In this document: piece by piece, positions 52,974 to 64,000 of the stretch
Position numbering within the stretch: the first letter of the stretch is position 1
Layout of the letters: every line of letters begins with the position of its first letter
Assembly (NCBI GenBank): GCA_010093605.1
Contig: MU004187.1
Location: 124,001 to 188,000, forward strand
Origin: Lophium mytilinum
Lineage: Eukaryota
Direction of reading: 5' to 3'
Length of the DNA: 64,000 nucleotides
The notes under the pieces: model-generated
Seen by the model: only the letters and a program-made list of their open reading frames with translations
What the model was told of the DNA's origin: nothing
Databases searched by the model: none
Position numbers and translations under genes: made by a program

Positions 52974-53958
52974 CTACGACGGAGGGTATTCCTTCTCCTC
53001 AATTGCAGGAACCGGGGCGCCGCCTTGGCTGTTGAGGTAGCTGAGGTAGCAGTTCCAACCTAGACAAAATCGTCAGTAAATGTCAAAGCCTCCCACTCTT
53101 TTGATTTCGCCAATGCAAATCATCCCAACCCTCCCACCAATCTGCCCACGATAAGAGGAACCCCAACTCACCCAAACTAATAACATTGACCACCAGCACG
53201 CGATGCTCCAGCGGCACGAACTTGAAGTTGCCCAGCTGCACCCACGGCCACACCATCCAGTTCTTCGTCAGCGCCTGCTTGTACGTCTGCTCGAGCTTCT
53301 GCTGCGGCGACGAGCCCTCCAGCACGGCCATGGTGCTCAGGAACACGAACATGTTGGTGGGCGCGAAGACGAGCTGGTCGGCGGCGACGCGGGCGACGAT
53401 GGTCGCGTTGGCGTTGGGCAGGGTCACTTTGGTGGACAGGAATTTGAACCAGGTTGTTGCGGCGGGGCCGAAGATTGCTGAGGGGCGTGTTAGAGACGGG
53501 TTGTGGGAGGAGAGGAGGAGGGGGTAAGTGGGGAGAATCGTACCGCCGCCGTAGAGAGCCATTCGCCCTGTGCGGGAGAGGTCTTGCTTCGCGAAGCCGA
53601 CTTTGTCGACCGCTTGTTGGGCGAGGGTGTCGCCGGTTGCGAAGAGGATCTGGAGATGGCATGTTAGGACTGGATATGCATGTAATGCTAGGTTCAATAT
53701 AAGGGATTGTCGAGGCTGAATGGTGTGGGTATCTGCTATATCTATGCCGCTGGTGTGCATCGAAAGGCGGCCGTTGTAGACGGAGAGAAGAAGGGATCGG
53801 AGAGCATACAGCAGTAGTCACGCTCTGTGTCAACAGCGGCGCTGTCTTCAGCTTCATTTGGTACCTGGCATTCCAATTAGCTCTATCTTCCTTATATATG
53901 ACCTAAAGAGTGGAAAACAAGCTGCGGTTAAAGTTGGCGCAACTTACCAGCGCAACAT
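52974..53958 (-). CDS. SYM1: Mpv17/PMP22 family mitochondrial inner membrane protein
   Basis: MLRW|YQMKL..PLLTQSVTTA, LFATGDTLAQQ, RTGRMALYGG, RVAADQ, NWMVWPWVQLGNF and WNCYLSYLNS. Four introns; stop at 52974-52976. Confidence 0.92.
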
Positions 53959-54031
53959 GATTGCTGATTTTAGGTTGATCAGGAGGAGAGTAAGGATGGA
54001 TCGATAGATGCGGAGGATATGGACGTAGAGA

Positions 54032-54079
54032 GGAGGTGAGTGTTAAAGGAAGTGAGTGTTGAAGGAAGTGAGTGTGAAA
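54032..54079. repeat. 16-bp tandem repeat (GGAAGTGAGTGTTRAA-like) x3 upstream of SYM1
   Basis: ggaggtgagtgttaaa ggaagtgagtgttgaa ggaagtgagtgtgaaa. Confidence 0.8.
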
Positions 54080-54481
54080 AGATTCACTCCTCGAGGTGGT
54101 GAGAAAGAGTGGAGGCGGTGGAGCTGGCAAGCGTTGCCCAGCCCAGCGTTTCTGGCTTGCGTCCGCGCGATGATGTCGAACCCTGCAGGGCGAGGCGCAA
54201 ATCACGATAGTCGCTGGCCAATGAGACTGCTTGATATTCGGGGTGCTCCAATTCGGCATCCCGCGTAAGCACAATTTGTGGGGTCACGATGTGGGATATT
54301 GGCGGTGTAAACTTTCACTTCTGCTTTTTCTTTGCGGGATAATTCATGAGTGCATTCCAGTCTGGTGACTTGGAGGGATTTTATTCAATGGTATAGAGTG
54401 TTTTCTTCTTGACGCCAGCATCTAATCTACCCAGAAGTATGTACTCGAAGACGATCGATCAATTCCGTCTAGCAGCCCAGC

Positions 54482-55493
54482 TCACAACTGAATATCGTTG
54501 TTGAGCAACCGCACTTCCTCGCCAGGCTTGAAGGCTGGAAGTCCGATGTACGGACACCCATCACACCTGAATGCGTCTCCAAGAGCGCAGTTCCCACAGC
54601 TCCCAACCTTGCCTTGCACTGTGAAGTCTACCTCATCCAGATCGTCAGCACCGAGCTTCATGGTTTGGAGCGCCTTGTCTGCATCCGCTCTCTTAGCTGC
54701 ATCTTCGGCCTCGAGTTTCTCCTTCATTCCACACGTGCAGTCTTTGCACGCTCGTCGGCGTTTTCCGGCTTTAGGTTGGCATTCTAGTGCTGCTGGACGT
54801 TAGTTAAGCTCAGGTACAGAGGGGGTCGAGTAACTCACGCTGCATGACTGGTCTTGCCATATCTGCTTCTGTAATCAAATCATCTTCGTCGATCAAGTCA
54901 TCGTCGTCTTCGCCCGTTATGATCGGATCGTCGAAATCGTCGCTGAAGTCCACAAAGCCAACACCAATGGGCTTGACAGGACCAGAAGAGATCTCCTTTC
55001 GCTTCCCATTCAGCGGCAGAGGGACAGTGCCATTGGTTGTGCCGTTTGTACCATTCGTTCCATTTGTAGCGCCATTCTTCTTTCCGAACCGCAGCATCAC
55101 AACCTCGCCTTGAGTGTCCTTTGGCTTGACCATCCCATCCCCACTCTCTTTTATCAATCCAGCCAGGATCGCTTCCGTCTTCTCAGTGCCGTCAACAGCC
55201 CCGAAAAGTCCGTCTTGACTCCTTAGAACCCCTCCTGCTTTTAGTGCCGCGGCAACCTTTGTCATGATATCCCGCCCAAGTAACTTGTGACTCTCGCGAC
55301 TCGTTCCGTCTGCGTCGGTGAGAAGTAGCACGACATCGTAGGTAGAGGCGGGGAGGTTGACTAGGCCAGCGGCTAGACGGTCCAGCATCTGGAGATCGGT
55401 AGCATCGCGATGGTGAATCTCGTAGACCCTATCCAGGACCTCGGGGTGTGCAGATATCGAAGGAGGCGCAAGGAGGAGGGTCCTGGGAGTCAT
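54482..55493 (-). CDS. DRE2: Fe-S cluster assembly protein Dre2 / anamorsin
   Basis: [29 protein letters not shown] and [28 protein letters not shown]. One intron starting at 54838. Confidence 0.95.
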
Positions 55494-55690
55494 GATGGCG
55501 GGGCGGGGGAGCGAGTATGTGAATACTGTAGATTTGTGTCGATCTTCTAGTTTTGGATCCGTAGACGCATGAATTCCTTCAGTCGAGAGGCACTCCAGTA
55601 TATCTAGGGGGGTTGGCAGGTTTGTCACAGGTGTTTAGAAATTGTCGTCCGACCGCGGAGACTCAACGGCAGCGCTGAATAATTCCGCGC

Positions 55691-55870
55691 TGTGGGCCGG
55701 CTGCTTAGATAAGCAGCCGCCTGTATACCTGCCGCCTGTAGTAGCTAGATATAATATAATAACCTACACCCGCTATAGCCTAGTAATATAGGTATAGGTT
55801 ATTATATTATATCTAGCTACTATAGGCGGCAGGTATATAGGCAGCTACTTATCTAAGTAGCTAGCCTATA
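55691..55870. repeat. Inverted repeat with 80-bp arms and 20-nt spacer (MITE-like or transposon terminus)
   Basis: 55691-55770 matches the reverse complement of 55791-55870 at 70/80 positions, and all mismatches are transitions. Confidence 0.9.
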
Positions 55871-57049
55871 TCTATCCCCCTTTCTAAAAGAATACTTACT
55901 ATCTATAATAAGACTAAATAGCCCTTTAATACTATCTATAATAGCTCTAAATAATAATACTTTATTTCTAGATTCTTTTAAGTACTATTTACTAGTAACT
56001 ACTTAGTTACTCTACTATCCCCCTCTTTAAAAGAAAAGCCCTTATTATAGTAGAAAAAAGTATATAAATAGTAAGTAGTAAAAAGATACTAAATATAAAT
56101 AGTAAGTAGTAAAAGAAATACTACTAGTTTTAAAGTAGTATTTAGCTACTAGTTTTACTAGTATAGATAGTAATTATTCTTTACTATACCTTTCTTTAGC
56201 CTAGCCCTTTATACTCTTACTATCTACCTTTATACTCTTATTAATATTAGGTTAGTAAAATAGTATTTCTTCTTTTTTATTATAGCTATAATATAACTCT
56301 TATTATAATATACTTTTATTATAAGTAATAGTATTATATAGCCTTTATTATATATTACTATTATATAATCTTACTTAGCGCTAGCCTTACCTACCTCTTA
56401 GCTAGCGCTCCGCGCCTTACTTTTTCTTTTTATAGCTACTTTATTATATACTTAATACTATCTAGTTTTCTATTATAATTCTATATTATACTATAATATA
56501 AAGTAGCTACTCTTTTAGCTTCTAGAAAATATTAGAAGTACTTTTTTTATCTACCTACTTACCTATATATATACTAGCACCCCTATAGCTACTAGAATTT
56601 AATTTCTATAACCTTTATTAATAAGAAACTAAAATAGAAGAAAACTTTATAATCTTAGAAGGCTCTATAATCTTATAGTAAGAATATTACTATACTCTAT
56701 TATCTATATAAACTAATATATAGGCCCTATAAATCTACTTACTATAGCGCCTCTACCTGCGCGCGTATAAACTAACTAAACTAAGTATAGTTATTTACTA
56801 ATTAATTTAGCTACTAAGAATAGCGCTAGGTGCCTAGCTATAAAATATCTACTTACTAACTTTTATAAAGGCCCTATAACCTTTCTACCTATACTAATCT
56901 TTTTCTTTATCTACCTACTAGGATATTATCTACTATTACTCTACCTGCGCTAAACTAGTAATAGTTAACTAGCGTAACTCTCTAGTACTAGTATCTTTTT
57001 ATTTAAGACTTTAAAACTACCCGCCTATAATACTAAGTTATAGTAAATA

Positions 57050-60000
57050 AGCTATAGCGCACTTAAAAGCTTTCTCTAGTAGTATATATACTAATAAGAG
57101 TAGTAATACTAACCTATACCCTACTTTTAATAGCTAAGCTATCTAGTTAATACTAGCCTATAACTCTTAGTAAGTATAATAAGAAACCTAACACGCTAAA
57201 GCCTTATATAAAAAGATAGATAAATTATCTTAATATAGTATTAGTTCTACTCTAGAGTAGCTAGCTACTTATAGTAAACTCTATATACTAAAAGCTAGTA
57301 CTATTAGACTAGGCGTAGCCGCTATCTATAACTGCCTCTAGCTAACTACTATTCTCTAGTATAGTAAGTACTTTCTTAACCTAGAGAATAAGAAGTTCTA
57401 TATTACCTCTAATAAGAAAGATAATAAGTAGCTAAACTAGAAGCTTAATAAACTTAATAAGAAAGATAATACCTAATTCTAGTTAGCTATAGACCTCTAG
57501 AAAGTAGTCTACTTTACTTAAGATAACCTTCTTAATATATAAAATAATAATATCTCTACTAGCCTAGTTCTTCTATTTACTTAGAAAGCCTAGCGTACTA
57601 ATAAGTGCGCTAATAATCTACCTCTATTAGTATAGAGCCTCTCTACTATAGCTATACTATTATAGCCTAACCTAGAATCCTCTATACTAGGCCTATTAAT
57701 ACGCTATAACTCTAGCCGCCGTAAGTTATTTTTTACTATAATAGCTAAAGGTATTACATTCTATATTAACTATAATAGAGTTACTAATACTATTAATATT
57801 AATCTTAACTCTACTAAAGCCTTCTATAATATAGTTTCTAAGTATTATAAGAATATATACTATAGTATTACTATATTCTAAAAGAATCTAGAAGAACTTT
57901 AAAAGAATATATATACTAAGAATATAAAATTAAACGCTCTCTAAAACTAAGCTAAAGCTAATAACTTTAAGATTTTATACTTATAAGCTAAGGTTGCTTA
58001 ACTAAATAAAGATATTACGCGTCTTTAATTAGAGAATAAGAAGGTATATACTAAGTATACTTAATAGTTTATAACTAAATATAAAGCTTATAAAGCTAAG
58101 ACTCTTCTTCTTACTAAAGTACGCTTAGTAAATAAAGCCCTCTAATAAGATATTACTATAGTATAATAGGATTTAGACTATCTATAAACCTAGTATAATT
58201 ACTTTAAAGAGCTTAGCCTTATCTATAAGTAGTAGTATACTAATCTAAAAGTAAACTAGATAGTAGTATTAGCGCCCGCCTAATTATATTATACTGCCGC
58301 CGCCGCCGCAGGTAACCTTAACTATAACTTAGAAGATAATAATAATACTAATTATAATAACTTTACTATTATAGATAATAATACTATAACTTAGCTTATA
58401 CGCCTATAGCTCTATAGAAACTATAAGCCTAAGTTCTATAATCTCTAGAAATTTACTAGTAAGAGTAATAAATACTAATACCTATCTTAGAAGAGCTACG
58501 CCTATACTATCTTTTAATATAAGGGCCTAGCCTATCTAGATAAGTAGAGTAAGATAGAATATATTAAATTATACTATATTAATTATATAGAAGCTACTAT
58601 TTATAGCTATACCTAGTTTAAGAAGCCCTTACTAAATAAGAACTTTAAGACTTTTAATAAGATATTTACCTATATAGATCTATATTTTACTATCTTTAAT
58701 AAGCCTACCTATATAGATAATATTCTCTATAGTAATAAGATAAAGATAAAGGGCTATAAGTTATAGAATATATATATACTATATTTTAAAGAGATAACTA
58801 ATATTAATAATAAGAACTAGATTTCTTTTACCTCTAAGAAAGAATAGCTTAAGCGTCTACTATACCTAGATCTTAGCCGCTAAGTATTTAGCAGCGCTAA
58901 TAGCTACTAAGATTAGCCTACGCTAGTTACTATAGTATTCTACGCTAAAGCCTTTCTTTAGAATAATACTTAGCGTAATATAACTACCTAGCCTTCTTAA
59001 TTATCTAGATTCTAAAATAGCTATAGTAATAACTGCTTAAATAATTACTAACTAAATAACTACTAGAACTAAGACCGCCGCCCTAAGTAGAGCTATAGAT
59101 AATAGTTATCTATTCGCGATAATAAGAAGGACTAAGGTAACCGCTCTATTTACCTCCCTCTAGTAGTTATAGTAGTACTATATACTAAAGGCTACTATTT
59201 CTACTATATTAAGAAGGGCTATTAAGTTAATAACTCTAAGCGCCTATATACTAATAAACCCCCTCTATTAAAGCGCAAGCTAACTAAATATCTATCTAAA
59301 GCTAATAATAGCCTTAAACTTAAGCTTTCTATAATCTATTATATAGATAAAGATAGTAATAACCTAATTTCTATTAATAGTAATAGAGAAGATCTTGCTA
59401 TTATTACTTATGCTAATAAAACTTTATTATCTAGCATTCTTAGTAATAGTAATAGAAATAGTAATAGTAATAGTAATAGAAAGAATTTTATATAGGCTCT
59501 AACTATAGTTATAAATAGAGCTATATAGAATTCTTTCTAAGTACTATTATAGCCCGTATCTAGAAGCTAGAATAGCTACCTCTAGAGCTAGATAAAATCT
59601 AGCTATCTATATACTCTACTAACTTAACTTAGAATATTACTTATAGAAAATAACTAAACTTTAAATATAGAATCTAGACCCCTATAGGTATAACTAATAG
59701 CCGCTATTTTATAGATATAGGTTACTTATACTTTACCTTTATCTTATAATTCTACGCTAAAGCTAATAAACTAATAATATTACCTCTAGCTACTTCTATT
59801 CTACTATACTTAGCTAATAGTATACCTATAAAACTTATTACTTATAAAGCCTAGCTTATACTATTCTTAGGTGCCTATACTAAGAATATATAGTATTATA
59901 TTACTAATCTTAAGAGCTATAATATTATCTTAGATATACTATAGTTTAAGAAATATAAATCTAATATTATATAGAGTAAATACACACTTAACTTTAATAA

Positions 60001-62390
60001 GAACTTCTACTATAATTACTACCTCTATACTAACGGATGCAGGCGTGTAATAGAGTAATAGAAATAATAGAGATATTACCTATATAGGAAAGTGCTTATA
60101 TAATATAGTATTATATAATATCTTTAATAAATATTAGAAACTTAGCCTAGAACTTAATAAAGCTAAGAATATAATAGCCGCCTACTAAAAGCTTTAATAT
60201 AAAGAAAAAGAGGACTATATTATCTAACTTTAAGATAATAATTAGAAAAAGCTATAATAAATAGAGAATTATAAGCGCTACTAATCTTAGCCTATAACCT
60301 AATAAAGCTCTACTCTAGAGATAGACCTAACTTTATATAGCCTATCTAAACTTAATAATATTCTCTATAATGCGTAAACGGCCGCTTTTACTACTAATAT
60401 CTTTACTATTAACCCCTTTAACTATTATAAGTTCTTTAAAAAAATAAACCGCCCCCCTATTATAAATTAGAAAATTAAAGCCTTACTTTCTAACTAGCTC
60501 TATTATATAGCTAAGGCGTAGGACCCCTAAGAAGTAAATAAACTGCCGCCTTATAGGCTAATAGATTATATAATTAATATTCTTTCTAGCTTTAAACTAC
60601 CTGCTTGCAAGGTATATAGCCTCTTAAGAGACTAAGCCGCTATTATTAAAGCCTTTATTAATAAGATGCGCACTAAAGGATTTATTTATCCTAGCTTATT
60701 ATTATATACTATACTAATACTTATTATTAAGAAACTAGAAGGAGGACTTTAAGTCTATATTAATTATTAAGGCCTTAATAAAATTAGTATTAAAAGTTAT
60801 AATATACTACTACTTATTAAAGATACCCTTACCTTATTAGCTAAAGCTAGGTACTATACTAAGCTTAATGTAATTAGCGCATTTAATATACTGTAAATTA
60901 AGAAAGGTAATATAAATATAAGATAGCCTTTCTTACCTATTAGAAGTTATTTAAGTTTATAGTACTTCTATTTAGATTATATAATATACCTAGTTTCTTC
61001 TAGGCCTATATTAATAATACCTTATAGAAATACCTTAATAACTTCTATACTATATATATAGATAACGTTCTAATATATAGTAATATATTAAAAGAATATA
61101 AAGCGTATATTCTTATAATTATTACTAAGCTTTATAACGCTAGACTATTTCTTAATATCTATAAATATAAATTTACCGTTAATAAGGTTAAATATCTTAG
61201 TATACTTATTAGTATTAATAGCGTTTAGATAGATCTAGTAAAGGTCTAAATAGTATTAGACTAGCTAATGCTATAAAACCTTAAAGATGTTTAAGCTTTT
61301 CTTAGGTTCTATAACTTCTATTAATACTTTATTACTAATTATTCCGCGTTTATAGCCCCTTTAATAATACTTATATTAGCTATTTAAAAAGGCTTTAAGT
61401 TTCTATAGCTAGATAATAGTAATAAAGCTAAGGCGTTCTATAATATTAAGAAATATTTTTATATAGCCCTATAGCTTGCACTATAGAACTCTAACTATAA
61501 TACCTAGATAGAATATAACTCTTTAGACTATACTATAGCCGCTATACTCTTCTAAGTTTAACTAGACGGTACTCTTTATTTTATAGTATTTATATTATAA
61601 TATATAATGCCGCAATAAATTAACTATACTATCTATAATAAGGAGCTTCTTACTATAGTCTTAGCATTTAAAGAATAGAGACTAGAGCTCGCTAGATAAA
61701 AATAAGAATATAATAGTCTAGTTAATATTATCTTAAATTATAAGAACCTTTAAATATTTATAACCTCTAAACGCCTTAATTATTAATAAGCCTAATAGGC
61801 TAAGTTTCTTACTAAGTTTAACTGTAAGATTACCTATAAACTAGGTAAGTAGAATAAGAAACTAGATCTACTAACTTAGCGACTAGGTAATAAGCCGGCC
61901 CTAGAAAATAATAGGTATAAGTATTAAAAGTAAGTTATACTAAAGCTATTTAACTATAAGCTAGAAATATATTATACTATTAAACTAGTATATATTCTAA
62001 CTAATATATTTAAGTATAGTTCTATTAAACTAGCTAAACTAATATATAACCTTAGTAAATTTAATTATCTAGATAATAAAGTCTACTTAGTAGTTACGCG
62101 TATATAACCTCCGCCCGCTATTCTAGATAAGCTAGATAATTTAGAACTACGCGTTTATATAAGAAGATAACCTAAGAAATAGACTATACTAGCTAATTAA
62201 CCTATAGCTAGGCTAGATAAGCTAAATAACTCTATTCTAGTTTACCGCCTATAAGGCCGCCCTAGGAAAACGCCTTAACTAGTAACTAAGCTAGATAAGC
62301 TAAATAACTCTAGCCTAGCTTGCCTGTAAGAATACTTTAAGAAGAATAAAATACTACTAGTAGATAAGCTATATTATTATTATTATTAAA
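57050..62390 (+). mobile_element. RIP-inactivated Ty3/Gypsy LTR retrotransposon (gag, protease, RT, RNase H; integrase not seen). Boundaries approximate.
   Basis: Degenerate zinc knuckle (~59196-59250). Protease FIDIG (DTG, 59714) and IIL(G)(M)(P)(W). RT IKKLEGGL*VYINY*GLN and YIDNVLIYS (YIDD, 61055-61066). RNase H NYTIYNKELLTIV (61622) and ITYKLGK*N. Confidence 0.9.
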
Positions 62391-64000
62391 TTCTATTATG
62401 CTAGTATAGCTCCCGTTAGGGTCTATGTAGCTGTTCTATCTAGGCTAATTTATAAGGGGAAACTATTTACTACTAGATAGTATTTAGGTAAAAACCTTAT
62501 TCTTTATTATATTTAGTGTTAGGCGCCCTTTTTCTTTATATTTTACTATAGGGGACATATAGTAGGTCTATAAGAACTACTATAGAATAAGCTATTAAGA
62601 TGCGTCTTTCTATATCTATCTAGAAAGGTTTATTATTATCCTTCTAGGTTTAGGCTAAGTAGAATCCGGATGCGAGGCTAGTATAGAATTAGCGTAAGGG
62701 CCCGCGTATAAGTAGTGCGCTTGCGGGGCCTTTATTTAAGGTAATAAGATAAAATAAATAGTGGCCGTATAGGCTATTAGAGATAGAAAGGCTGCGCAGT
62801 ATATAGGTAGTATATAGTAGAGGTATATAGAAAGTATATAGTTTATAGGTAGGCTATAAGAGTAGAAGGGCTGCAAGCAGCTATATAGAGTTTATAGCTG
62901 TAGTAGTATATATAAGCCTCTATAGTATAGCTAATAGCTATAGAAGGGCTAAAAGTATAGAGTATATAGTTTATAGTCTATAATTAGAAAGTATATAGCT
63001 ACTTATAGTAAGTATAAGCCCTTATAGTATAACTAACTAATAGTAGAAGAGAGGGAGCCGCGTATATATACTATTATAAAGTAGGTAGACTATTTAAAAA
63101 TAGAAGAGCTATAAGGGACGGAAAGTATATAGAAAGTATATATTATAGAGTATATAGTAGAGACCTAAAGCTAACTATCTATACTAAGTACTAGTTAAGA
63201 GGGGGCGCTAAGGCCCGCTATAGTATAGTTAGGGGTAATAGCAAGGCTATAGATAATAGTAAAACTATAGATAATAGTAAGACTATAGATAATAGTAAGG
63301 CTATAGGTAATAGTAAGGCTATTAGTAATAGTAAGGCTATTAGTTATAGTAAGGCTATTAGTTATAGTAAGGCTATAGATAATAGTAGGGCTATAGTATT
63401 AAGCGGGAGGGCTAGGTCTACTTTCTTTCTATCTCTCTTACTATTAAGAGGTAGGGTAGTAGGTCTATTTTCTATAGAAACTACCTAGCTACTACCTTAG
63501 GTCTCTTTTTACTTTTATATATTTCCTTATACATCTAAGTCTTTACTTTTTTAAATAGTTTACCTCTACTCTTTATATACCTCTTATAGTTTATTACTAT
63601 ATAGCGTAGTAATTAGAGGCTGTGCCTGCAGGGGTAGGCTAGTATTAGATAGCCTAGCACCTATATATAGTGTAGGTATCTATTAAGCTCTATATACTCT
63701 ATTTATAGGTTTATAAGAATAGTACTTTTAACTTTTATAAGCCCTTTATATATAGTCTTCTATTATTTACTCTATTTAGTATTAAGGGCCGGCGTTAGTA
63801 GCCTACGCTATTCTATTTTATAAAAGAACTTCTATGCCTTCTTCTACCTTTCTTTATATTTACATTTAATTATAAATCGCCTTAAGCGCTTATAGGCTTT
63901 ATCTAATTTATCTTTATACCTAGTATATAACCTTATAGCCTTTACTATAAGGTTATAGAGTATATTATAGCGGCTAGGGCTATACTTTAGCCTTATAAGT
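62390..64000. mobile_element. Second RIP-degraded repeat, class not determined, interrupting or truncating the Gypsy pol
   Basis: Pol similarity ends near 62,390, the strand purine bias changes, and the sequence remains RIP-like. No diagnostic domain could be read. Confidence 0.5.
63237..63397. repeat. 18-bp minisatellite (AATAGTAAGGCTATAGAT consensus), about 9 copies
   Basis: Read directly. The unit length is a multiple of 3, so it may be a decayed coding repeat. Confidence 0.85.

Larger units (their letters stand above)
55691..64000. repeat. AT-rich, RIP-mutated transposon block
   Basis: Abrupt drop in GC, strong TpA excess, visible CpA/TpG depletion, stop codons in all frames, and no ORF-track entries beyond 55,628. 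Confidence 0.95.

Noticed and set aside
55871..57050. LTR and primer-binding site for the Gypsy element
   Set aside because: RIP damage and the lack of a second LTR in the window prevent confident delineation.

Overview
Eukaryotic DNA from a filamentous ascomycete (Pezizomycotina, probably a Dothideomycete, judged from the Alt a 8/Cla h 8-like mannitol dehydrogenase, short GT-AG introns with CTRAC branch sites, and RIP signatures). Positions 1-55,690 are a gene-dense, GC-balanced block of about 22 mostly housekeeping genes: F-box-like protein, MtDH, XRN1, HAT2, CTK1, SPC3, a SAYSvFN protein, acetoacetyl-CoA synthetase, FAF1, RNase III, CLR2, ADE1, a PEP12-type syntaxin, PP4R2, UPF0658, SYM1, DRE2 and several hypotheticals, many in head-to-head pairs. 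At 55,691 the sequence switches abruptly to an AT-rich, TpA-rich, RIP-degraded repeat block. This block opens with an 80-bp-arm inverted repeat and contains a Ty3/Gypsy relic (gag-PR-RT-RNase H). The most notable observations are: (i) three tandem AT-hook motifs, recoverable by reversing RIP, in frame after the Gypsy RNase H; (ii) a candidate alternative last exon of HAT2 carrying an LRSGK motif; (iii) a SAYSD1-like gene head-to-head with SPC3 in a lineage expected to lack UFM1; (iv) a probable non-AUG N-terminal extension of the UPF0658 gene; (v) an unassigned multi-hairpin element near 21.2 kb; (vi) a PTS1-bearing acetoacetyl-CoA synthetase. All calls come from manual reading without database searches.
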